Positions 24,185 through 32,066 of a stretch of 32,826 nt of DNA are shown piece by piece. Location: positions 1 through 32,826 of IMG/VR virus record IMGVR_UViG_3300012971_000052. One strand, given 5' to 3'. Positions within the stretch are counted from its first letter, which is position 1; the number at the start of each line of letters is the position of its first letter. Source of the DNA: a virus (taxonomy: Duplodnaviria; Caudoviricetes). Below the pieces are notes generated by a model. The model was not told the DNA's origin and searched no databases. It saw only the letters and a program-made list of their open reading frames with translations. The translations under genes were made by a program, and so were the position numbers.

Positions 24185-25399
24185 GTGGCGAATTCACTCC
24201 TCACCATCTCGCAAATCACCCGCGAGGCTGTGCGGCTGTTCCGTAACAGCAACTGGTTTCTGCGCACGATTAATCGCCAATACGACGAAGAATTTGGACG
24301 CAGCGGCGCCAAGATCGGCAGCCAACTCCGTATCCGGCTGCCCAATGACTACACGTTGAGAACCGGGCAAACCGCGAACCCGCAAAACACCAACGAACAA
24401 AATACCACGCTGGTTATTGCGACACAGTACGGTGTCGATGTGTCGTTCAGTTCGTCGGAGCGGGCGCTGAGCCTCGATGACTACTCGGCCCGCATTCTCG
24501 CGCCGGCTGTCAATACGCTGGCCGGTGGTGTGGCGACCGCGGTCATGCAGAATGTCGAGGGCGCCTCGAACTTTATCAGCAACACCGACGGCAGCAGCAA
24601 CATGATCAGCCCGAGTGCTGGCACGTGGTTGACTGCAGGTGCGATGCTCGATCGGGCCGGGGCGCCGAGGAACGATCGGTTCATCGTCCTCGATCCGTTG
24701 ACCCAGGCGCGCACGGTTGCGAGCCTCAGTGGCCTCTTTAATCCACAGGTCAAGATCAGCGACCAGTACATCCGCGGCACCATGAGCGTCGATACGCTCG
24801 GGTTTGACTGGGGCATGGATCAGACCGTGCTGATGCACGCGACCGGCGCCTATGGCACGCCGCCGACAGTGACGGGTGCCAACCAGACCGGGTCGACGCT
24901 CACCGTGTCGGCCCTCGCGGGTCCGCTCAATCTCGGCGAAACCTTTACCATTGCGGGCGTCTACGCGGTCAACCGCGTGACCAAGCAATCGACGGGCAGC
25001 CTGGCGCAGTTTACCGTGACGGCGCCAGCCAATGCGGGCGCAACCTCGCTGTCGATCTACCCGCCGATCACCCCACCCTCCGGCGGTAATCCGGTGCCGT
25101 TCCAGACGGTCACGGCAAGCCCCGCGGGCGGCGCGAACATCGTCTTTGTCACGCCCGCGTCGAGCAGCTACCGCGAGAATTTTGCCTATTATGGCGAAGC
25201 CTTTACGCTCGCGACCGCCGAGCTCGAATTGCCGCGGGGAACGCACGAGGCGGCACGCGAGACATACGATGGGATCTCGCTGCGCATGGTCACGGATTAT
25301 GCGGTACTCTCGGACCAGTTTATCACCCGATTGGACATCCTGTTCGGTTCGCTGCTCGTGCGGCCGGAATGGGTGGTCAAGGTGGCTGATATTCCATAA
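24185..25399 (+). CDS. P22-like major capsid (coat) protein
   Basis: ANSLLTISQITREAVRLF, QYDEEF...GAKIGSQLRIRLP, GETFTIAGVYAVN and RLDILFG..VRPEW motifs; GTG after GGGAGAG. Confidence 0.94.
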   Translation: MANSLLTISQITREAVRLFRNSNWFLRTINRQYDEEFGRSGAKIGSQLRIRLPNDYTLRTGQTANPQNTNEQNTTLVIATQYGVDVSFSSSERALSLDDYSARILAPAVNTLAGGVATAVMQNVEGASNFISNTDGSSNMISPSAGTWLTAGAMLDRAGAPRNDRFIVLDPLTQARTVASLSGLFNPQVKISDQYIRGTMSVDTLGFDWGMDQTVLMHATGAYGTPPTVTGANQTGSTLTVSALAGPLNLGETFTIAGVYAVNRVTKQSTGSLAQFTVTAPANAGATSLSIYPPITPPSGGNPVPFQTVTASPAGGANIVFVTPASSSYRENFAYYGEAFTLATAELELPRGTHEAARETYDGISLRMVTDYAVLSDQFITRLDILFGSLLVRPEWVVKVADIP

Positions 25400-25410
25400 G
25401 GGAGTAGCGC

Positions 25411-25686
25411 ATGGCGCAGGCGCGGGCGGTACCGGGAAATAGCGGGCGGATCGATTACCCGCGCATGCTCTATCACCCGGACGGGCGCACCATCATCGCC
25501 GAAACGCCCGAGGAGCACGACAAGCTGGCCCGCGAGGGATGGGAGCAAATGCCGCTCCCCATCCACCAGCAGCGTCCCGCGACAACGTCGGCGAGCACCT
25601 CAGGCACCGACCCGCTTGCCGTGCTGATGCGCGAGGTGATGCAAAGCGTTCTCGAGGATTACGGCTTTAGCAAAAAGGGAGCTTGA
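25411..25686 (+). CDS. Hypothetical virion-region protein (91 aa)
   Basis: AAGGGAG RBS; DYPRMLYHPDG motif, often seen after P22-like coat genes. Confidence 0.7.
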   Translation: MAQARAVPGNSGRIDYPRMLYHPDGRTIIAETPEEHDKLAREGWEQMPLPIHQQRPATTSASTSGTDPLAVLMREVMQSVLEDYGFSKKGA

Positions 25687-25689
25687 GCA

Positions 25690-25932
25690 ATGGCACGAGA
25701 TGTCCGCGGCGGCACGCCGAATGCAACCAGCCGGGATGCCTATACGCGACCAAAAGAAGGCTCACGCATGGGTGGCGGGCGCTACGATGCCGGTCCCGGC
25801 AATGCCGGTCTGCCGGGGGCCGAGGTGATGGACCGTCCGGCGACACCGTGCGGCACCTTTGGCCGCACCGGCTCGCGCCGCATGGGGATCGATCCCGGCA
25901 TCCGCAGTATCCAGGACGCCAACAAGGGCTAA
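25690..25932 (+). CDS. Hypothetical protein (80 aa)
   Basis: GGGAG RBS; fits the operon. Confidence 0.55.
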   Translation: MARDVRGGTPNATSRDAYTRPKEGSRMGGGRYDAGPGNAGLPGAEVMDRPATPCGTFGRTGSRRMGIDPGIRSIQDANKG

Positions 25933-25938
25933 CCTGTC

Positions 25939-26754
25939 GTGCTGGTGCAGGATCTCGTCAGTCTCAGTCTGCGCACCGCGGGCGTGCTTGGGGTCGGGCA
26001 GGTTGCTCTGCCCCAAGATCTTACCGACGCGCAGCAGATGCTGGTGCTGATCCTGCAGCAGTGGCGGCAGAAGCGGTGGCTGGTTTACCGCCTCAACTAC
26101 GACATGATCCCGCTGATCTCGGGGAAGCCGACCTATAGCGTGGGGCCGGCGGGATCGGAGAGCGGGGGCGATCCCGACATTGTCACCGACGGCAATTTCC
26201 GGCCGGCGAACATCCAGTCCTGCTACCTGCGGCAACTCACCGGGTCGGGGCCAAACAGCTATCCTGTCGATTTTCCGCTGCGGGTGCTCGGCAGCCGGCA
26301 GGAATACGATTCGATCGCGCTAAAAAACCTGCATTCTTGGCCGAGCCTCATCTACTACGACCCGATCGTGCCGGTGGCGACGCTCTATCTGTGGCCGATC
26401 ACCATCCAAGCCAATTTTATGCTCTATGTCGCTTGGCAAACCTCGATCGATCTTGCCGCCGAGGGCGCGCAGACTGTTGAACTCGAAACCATTCTGCCGG
26501 CGGAAACGCAACTCGCCTTGATGTATCAACTCGCCTTGTTACTGACGGTTAATTACAAATTGCCGCAGGATCAAAACCTCGAGGCGGCGGCGCGCGCGGC
26601 GATCAATGTCATGCGACAGACCAATTACGCGCTGCAACCGCTGAAGATGCCGGCTGGTCTGCTCGCGACGGGCGCGAGACTAAAGAACCCCATGGGCGGT
26701 TTTGTGTTTCCAGAAATTGCGGCGGGAATACCGGTTGTTACCAATCTGGGGTAA
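25939..26754 (+). CDS. P22 gp4-like head completion/adaptor protein
   Basis: VQDLVSLSLRTAGVLGVGQ...DLTDA...L..ILQQW, YSVGPAG, LYLWP and ALMYQLALLL motifs. Confidence 0.75.
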   Translation: MLVQDLVSLSLRTAGVLGVGQVALPQDLTDAQQMLVLILQQWRQKRWLVYRLNYDMIPLISGKPTYSVGPAGSESGGDPDIVTDGNFRPANIQSCYLRQLTGSGPNSYPVDFPLRVLGSRQEYDSIALKNLHSWPSLIYYDPIVPVATLYLWPITIQANFMLYVAWQTSIDLAAEGAQTVELETILPAETQLALMYQLALLLTVNYKLPQDQNLEAAARAAINVMRQTNYALQPLKMPAGLLATGARLKNPMGGFVFPEIAAGIPVVTNLG

Positions 26755-26757
26755 GCC

Positions 26758-27372
26758 ATGGGCCATTTGCCTGACAATGGTCTGCATACCTGGGGTGCCG
26801 GTCAGCAACTGACTGCGGCAGCGCTAAACGAGAATTTTGCGACACTGCGGGAGTACGCGGAGCAGGCGCTCGCCCAAGCGCTGATGCCTGATGCCGCGGT
26901 GGTGCAATTGGAAATGCGCTTGGGGCGCATCGAGGCTCGGCTTCAGCTCGTCGAGCATATGCTTACCCTCCATGCTCGACAACGCAATGAAGCTGAGTGG
27001 GCGCCGCTGTCTCATTTGGGGGCCGTTTTGCAGCGCGTCGACGGTCTGCAGCGGGACGTTGAGACAGCGGTTGCCCGACTAGAGCAAATGGTCGAACACC
27101 TCGATAAGATCCACGATGATCAGCGTCTGCGGCTCGCTCGCCTTGAGCAGCAACCCGTGGCAGCGACGTTGCAACAGCATCAGGCGCTGATCACCGAGCA
27201 CGAAGAGACTGCACGCAAGGCGCAAGTCTCGCTGGTGCAGGCGATCGGCACCCGGCAGGAGGTCCATCATCTGCGCGAGGTGGCGAATAATGCGGTGAGG
27301 GAGAACGAGCGCACGGCGACGGAGATCGCGAACCTGCTGGGCCGGATCGGCCAATTGGAGAAGATTTCGTGA
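26758..27372 (+). CDS. Coiled-coil protein (204 aa)
   Basis: N-terminal WGAGQQLTAAALNENF followed by a long heptad pattern. Confidence 0.65.
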   Translation: MGHLPDNGLHTWGAGQQLTAAALNENFATLREYAEQALAQALMPDAAVVQLEMRLGRIEARLQLVEHMLTLHARQRNEAEWAPLSHLGAVLQRVDGLQRDVETAVARLEQMVEHLDKIHDDQRLRLARLEQQPVAATLQQHQALITEHEETARKAQVSLVQAIGTRQEVHHLREVANNAVRENERTATEIANLLGRIGQLEKIS

Positions 27373-28814
27373 CCCAGCTGCCGCTGACCCAAGGCTCCTA
27401 CCAGGCGCGCGGTGTCATCGCCAATGCGCAGGCCTGCATCAATCTCTACCCCGAACCCAATCCAAAAGATGCGCCGTTCCCCGTGACGCACTACCCCGCA
27501 CCGGGGCTCAAGGTGCTGTCGGACTATACCGGCACCTTCTCCGGTTCGGTGCGCGGGCTCTATGACGCGTCAAACGGTTATGTCTTTGCTGTCATCGGCG
27601 CCGACGTCATCAATTGGCACGGCACCGGGACCAGCTATACCCATCTCGGCACGATCTCGAGCAACACCAACCCCGTCAGCATCTGCGACAACCAGGACGA
27701 TGTGGTGTTCTGCGACGGCACGACAGGCGGCTGGACCGTAAAGCTGAATAATGCCGATACCGCGGGCGCCCTGCAGACCATTACCGACCCAGCGTGGTAC
27801 GGGTCAAACCGGGTCGACTATATCGACAGCTTTTTTGTCTTTAACAAGCCGGGGACACCGACCTTTTACACCAGCACGGCCGGCACCTTTTTGCCGCTCG
27901 ATGCGACCTATGCGACACCAAAATCGGGCTGGAATGACGACCTGGTGGCGTGCTGTGCGCTGCATGACAATGTCTGGCTGCTTGGCAACAACACCACGGA
28001 GATCTGGTTTAATGCGGGCGGCGCCACCTTTGCCTTTGCCCGGATGCCCAACAGCATTTTGCAGCAAGGCTGTGTCGCACGCTTTTCGCCGGTCATTGCC
28101 GACAACGCGGTCTATTGGCTCAGCCAGGATCGCTGGGGCCGCAATATGTGCATGCGCGGCGAGGGTTATCAGGCAACCCGGATCTCGACCTTCGCCGTTG
28201 AGGACGCCTGGTCAAAATACACCAACCTCACCGATGCCATCGGCATGGCGTACCAGATCGGTGGGCATGAATCGATCGCCTTCTGGTTCCCCACCGGAAA
28301 CGCGTTCTGGGTCTATGACGCGGCCACACAGATGTGGCATCAGCGGACCTACGGCAATCTCAGCGATGCGTGGCTGCCGCGCTGCATGGCGGGATGGGGC
28401 GCGATTGCCTCGAGCGGCAGCCCGAACAGCATCCTGGCTGGTGACCGCACCGGGCCGCGCATCCTCGAGCTCTCGCGCTTTGTCTATGATGATTGCGGTA
28501 CACCGATCATCCGGCAGCGGGCATGGCCGCACGCGCAAGCCGAGGGCAAGCGGCTGATTCACTCGCGGTTTGCGGCCTCGATGGATGGCAGCATGCTGCC
28601 GGCGCCCGATCATGTGACCTTGGATTTTAGCGATGATGCGGGGCACAGCTACGGTGCACCGCTGACGCAGACCGTCAACAACAGCACCTACGGGCAATAC
28701 CAGTGGCGGCGGCTGGGTTATGCGCGCGACCGGGTCTACCGGCTGACCTGGTCGCAAAACGGCGACAGCACACTCAACGGGGCATGGGTCGACATCATCC
28801 AGCAGGGAACATGA
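27369..28814 (+). CDS. P22 gp10-like packaged-DNA stabilisation / tail hub protein
   Basis: QACINLYPE, VRGLY, VDYIDSFFVF, TTEIWFNAG, RISTFAVE, WVYDAATQMWHQR, FSDDAGHSY and WRRLGYARDRVYRL motifs. Confidence 0.9.
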   Translation: MTQLPLTQGSYQARGVIANAQACINLYPEPNPKDAPFPVTHYPAPGLKVLSDYTGTFSGSVRGLYDASNGYVFAVIGADVINWHGTGTSYTHLGTISSNTNPVSICDNQDDVVFCDGTTGGWTVKLNNADTAGALQTITDPAWYGSNRVDYIDSFFVFNKPGTPTFYTSTAGTFLPLDATYATPKSGWNDDLVACCALHDNVWLLGNNTTEIWFNAGGATFAFARMPNSILQQGCVARFSPVIADNAVYWLSQDRWGRNMCMRGEGYQATRISTFAVEDAWSKYTNLTDAIGMAYQIGGHESIAFWFPTGNAFWVYDAATQMWHQRTYGNLSDAWLPRCMAGWGAIASSGSPNSILAGDRTGPRILELSRFVYDDCGTPIIRQRAWPHAQAEGKRLIHSRFAASMDGSMLPAPDHVTLDFSDDAGHSYGAPLTQTVNNSTYGQYQWRRLGYARDRVYRLTWSQNGDSTLNGAWVDIIQQGT

Positions 28815-29086
28815 TGATTCAGCGCTCACTCTCCCTCGACCGGGCTATCGAACGCGAAGCGGTGCGCTTTGCCGGCAGCCTGGCGTGTTTTGTCTTTTAT
28901 GCCGGTGAGATGCCGGTTGACTGCAATGGTGTGGCGTTAGGCGAACGGGTCGGCCGGCGCGAGGCGAGTGAATTTGCCGTGCGGCACCTGTTGCGCGGGA
29001 TGCCGCCGGGAATGCTCGAGGGCGCAGATTACTGGCGGCTTTATGACGCCAACGGCAATGTTGTGATGCAAGGGGACGGCGCATGA
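28811..29086 (+). CDS. Hypothetical virion-region protein (91 aa)
   Basis: ATGA overlaps on both sides; ADYWRLYDANGNVVMQG. Confidence 0.55.
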   Translation: MMIQRSLSLDRAIEREAVRFAGSLACFVFYAGEMPVDCNGVALGERVGRREASEFAVRHLLRGMPPGMLEGADYWRLYDANGNVVMQGDGA

Positions 29087-29529
29087 GCGCGATAATGCCC
29101 AGCCAGTTCCCGCCGCGGCTGCCGCGCAGCGGCACGGCTGCGGTGAGCCCGACCAATGGCGCCTGCATCAATGGTGAGGGCCGCCCCTGCTCGGCGCAGG
29201 GGATGATCTCGGCGATGAACCCCTTTGTCGATCTCAAGACCGGGACGACAACACCGATCAGCTACCGGTTTCTCTGGGGGTTGTTTTCCTCGGTCTACGA
29301 GCTCGAGGAAAAGGTCGGGAGCGGTGGCAGCGGCGGGGGAATACCCGAGGCGCCGATCGATGGCACACCCTATTGCCGGCAGGATGCCAGCTGGGTCAGT
29401 TCACCCGCGGGTAGCGGCGGCGGGATCATCGACGCACCGACCGACGGCACCGGCTATGGCCGGCAAAATGCCGCGTGGACACCCGTTCTAATGAAGAGCG
29501 GTGATATTCTGGACGGGGGTAACTTTTGA
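29083..29529 (+). CDS. Tail-needle-position protein with two foldon-like repeats
   Basis: PFVDLKTGTTTPISYRFL N-terminal block; IPEAPIDGTPYCRQDASWV and IIDAPTDGTGYGRQNAAW; ends ILDGGNF. Confidence 0.7.
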   Translation: MSAIMPSQFPPRLPRSGTAAVSPTNGACINGEGRPCSAQGMISAMNPFVDLKTGTTTPISYRFLWGLFSSVYELEEKVGSGGSGGGIPEAPIDGTPYCRQDASWVSSPAGSGGGIIDAPTDGTGYGRQNAAWTPVLMKSGDILDGGNF

Positions 29530-30737
29530 CCGACGTACTGCGGATCAAGCGGCGCGCGTCCGGCGCTCCCGGTGCGCCGGCGAGCCTTGCCAGCGCCGAA
29601 CTCGCCTACAACGAAGTCGATCATGTCCTTTACTACGGCGAGGGCAATTCGGGCGGGAATGCCGTCACGATTGCCGCGATTGCCGGTCAAGGTCTGTCTT
29701 CTGCGAGCAATCCTATCGTCAATGGCACCGCGGCCCCCGGCAGTGGCACGCAATGGTCACGCTGGGACCACGTGCATCCGTCCGATACCACCCGCGCACC
29801 GCTCGCTAACCCGGTCTTTACCGGTGACCCGCAAGCGGTCACCCAGCCCAACACCGACAGCGATACGTCGATTGCGACGACGGCGTTTGTCCATTCGGTA
29901 CGTATCGATCAGATCGCAGCGCCGAATGTCGATGTTAGCTGGGCAAGCCACAAGATCACCAACCTGCTTGATCCGACGGCGGCGCAGGACGCCGCGACAA
30001 AGAATTACTGCGATAACGTCGCGACGGGATTGGATGCCAAGCAGTCGGTCAAGGCGGCATCGGCGGGTGCCAATCTGACGCTGTCGGGGCCGCAGACGGT
30101 TGATGGGGTTGCCTTGGTGGCAGGCGATCGCTGCCTGGTCAAGGATCAGACCTCGGTGCCGACCAATGGTATTTATGTGGTTGCCTCGGGGGCATGGACC
30201 CGTGCCCTCGATATGGATGTCTGGACCGAGGTGCCGTCGGCCTACACCTTTGTCGAACAGGGCACGGTCAATGCCGATACGGGATGGGTTTGTACCTCCG
30301 ATCAGGGCGGCACACTCGGCACCACCAACATCACCTGGGTGCAGTTTTCCGGCGGTGGCTCGATTACGGCGGGCGCCGGTCTTACCAAAACCGGCAATAC
30401 GATCGATGTGGTCGGCACGGCAAACCGAATCATTGCCAACGCCGACAATATCGACATCGACGCAAACTATGTCGGTCAGGCCAGCATCACCACGCTCGGA
30501 ACCGTGGCGACGGGGACATGGGCGGCGACGACAATCGCCGTCAACCGCGGCGGCACGGGTGCGACGACGCTTACCGGCTATGTCGTGGGCAACGGTACGA
30601 GTGCCTTTACCGCGAGCAGTACGATCCCTAATACCGCGATTACCGGGCTCGGCACGATGTCGACCCAGAACGCCAATGCGGTGGCGATCACCGGCGGCAC
30701 GATTGACGGCATAACGATTGATGGCGGGACATTCTGA
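29526..30737 (+). CDS. Fibre-like virion structural protein (403 aa)
   Basis: DHVHPSDTTRAPLANPVFTG, KITNLLDPTAAQDAATKNY, GLDAKQSVKAAS, GDRCLVKDQT and NRGGTGATT motifs; ends IDGGTF; TTG start in a TTGA overlap. Confidence 0.8.
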   Translation: MTDVLRIKRRASGAPGAPASLASAELAYNEVDHVLYYGEGNSGGNAVTIAAIAGQGLSSASNPIVNGTAAPGSGTQWSRWDHVHPSDTTRAPLANPVFTGDPQAVTQPNTDSDTSIATTAFVHSVRIDQIAAPNVDVSWASHKITNLLDPTAAQDAATKNYCDNVATGLDAKQSVKAASAGANLTLSGPQTVDGVALVAGDRCLVKDQTSVPTNGIYVVASGAWTRALDMDVWTEVPSAYTFVEQGTVNADTGWVCTSDQGGTLGTTNITWVQFSGGGSITAGAGLTKTGNTIDVVGTANRIIANADNIDIDANYVGQASITTLGTVATGTWAATTIAVNRGGTGATTLTGYVVGNGTSAFTASSTIPNTAITGLGTMSTQNANAVAITGGTIDGITIDGGTF

Positions 30738-31036
30738 TGGCGGATGTGGTGCGCATAAAACGCCGCACCAGCCCTGCCGGTGCTCCCAGTGCGCTTGCCA
30801 ATGCGGAGATGGCTTATAACGAAGCCAGCGACATTCTGTATTACGGCAAGGGCGGGTCTGCGGGAACCGCCGCATTAATTGTTCCCATAGCGGGGACCGG
30901 GGCGTTTCAGTCCAGAGTCGTCATCGCCGATACAGCCCCATCGAGCCCGAATATCGGCGATTTCTGGTTTGACGGCAACAAAATGTATATCTGGTTCAGC
31001 GATGGAACCTCTTCACAGTGGGTTCCGGTGGCATGA
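30737..31036 (+). CDS. Two-module fibre adaptor-like protein (99 aa)
   Basis: The N-terminal half is paralogous to the N-terminus of 29526-30737, and the C-terminal half to the C-terminus of 675-2153. Confidence 0.75.
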   Translation: MADVVRIKRRTSPAGAPSALANAEMAYNEASDILYYGKGGSAGTAALIVPIAGTGAFQSRVVIADTAPSSPNIGDFWFDGNKMYIWFSDGTSSQWVPVA

Positions 31037-31593
31037 GAAATTTCCTCCCGATTGGCAATGCCGACATGCTGCCGTTGCGTGTGGCGCTGCAGCGGCACCC
31101 GGAACTGTGGGATCAGCACGTTTACCGGACGACATTTAAGGGAAGTCCCTTTAAGGGCATGTCCGACATCCTGCTGCGCTATTCGAAGCCGGAGCGATGG
31201 GAGGGCAACCGCGATCCCGATGCGCTGGTGAATGATCTGGATCTGGTCATGTATCCGGCGTGGCGGGTGCTGCCGGAATGCCACGACATCGTGTTTAACC
31301 TGATGCGGCGGTTTAATGGCATTTCGCTGGGGCGGGTCATCATCGCGCGGCTGCCGCCGGGTGGCACCATCCTGCCCCACGCCGATGATTACGGCGCCTA
31401 TGCCCTGCAGGACGGGCTCAGATTGCATGTCTGTGTGCAGGGGCTCCCCGGATGTCTCTTTAATTGCGGCGAAGACACCGTGCAGATGCCAACCGATACG
31501 GTGTGGTGGTTCAACCATAAGGCCATGCACTCGGCGAGCAACCAAAGCGCCGACGATCGTATCCACCTGCTTGTCGATATTCAGACGGGGTGA
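31033..31593 (+). CDS. Aspartyl/asparaginyl beta-hydroxylase family 2OG-Fe(II) dioxygenase
   Basis: GRVIIARLPPGGTILPHAD (HxD), RLHV and WWFNHKAMHSASN...DRIHLLVD (distal H, 2OG-binding R). Confidence 0.9.
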   Translation: MRNFLPIGNADMLPLRVALQRHPELWDQHVYRTTFKGSPFKGMSDILLRYSKPERWEGNRDPDALVNDLDLVMYPAWRVLPECHDIVFNLMRRFNGISLGRVIIARLPPGGTILPHADDYGAYALQDGLRLHVCVQGLPGCLFNCGEDTVQMPTDTVWWFNHKAMHSASNQSADDRIHLLVDIQTG

Positions 31594-31596
31594 GTC

Positions 31597-32064
31597 GTGG
31601 AGCATCTGTCGATCCAACCCGAGGACACGGTCGCCGTGCTGCAGGAAGCCGAGGACACCGGCATGCTGCGGCGGCACTGGGAGGAATTGGCGCTCGACAA
31701 ACAAAGCGTGAGCCTGGCGCCCGACTGGCGGCGGTATCGGATGCTGAACGACCAGGGTGTGCTGTCGACCATGGCGGTGCGCGAGCGCGGCAAGCTGGTG
31801 GGCTACAGCATCATGCTGCTGACGACCGGGCTGCACTATCAGCACTGCTACGAAGCGCGGATGGATATTTTTTGGCTGTCGCCCGAAGTGCGTGGCCGGT
31901 ATGGCGGCGTGCGGCTATTTCGTTCCCATGAGCGGGAACTAAAGCGCCGTGGCGTCAAGCGGGTCTATGTCGGCAGCAAACTACACCGGGACTCGTCGCG
32001 GCTGTTTCTGGCGCTGGGGTATCAGCCGGTTGAGATGTGGCTGAGCAAGATGATCGGGGAATAG
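31597..32064 (+). CDS. GNAT-fold acetyltransferase
   Basis: RERGKLVGY, DIFWLSPEVRGRYGGVRLF (motif A) and RLFLALGY; occupies the P22 gp14-like position before the ejection genes. Confidence 0.85.
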   Translation: MEHLSIQPEDTVAVLQEAEDTGMLRRHWEELALDKQSVSLAPDWRRYRMLNDQGVLSTMAVRERGKLVGYSIMLLTTGLHYQHCYEARMDIFWLSPEVRGRYGGVRLFRSHERELKRRGVKRVYVGSKLHRDSSRLFLALGYQPVEMWLSKMIGE

Positions 32065-32066
32065 CG

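Noticed and set aside
29521-29529. Programmed -1 frameshift fusing ORF 29083 to ORF 29526 at AACTTTTGA
   Set aside because: There is no canonical X XXY YYZ slippery heptamer. A TTG start in a TTGA overlap explains the junction, and the paralogous junction at 30737 uses a plain TGATG.
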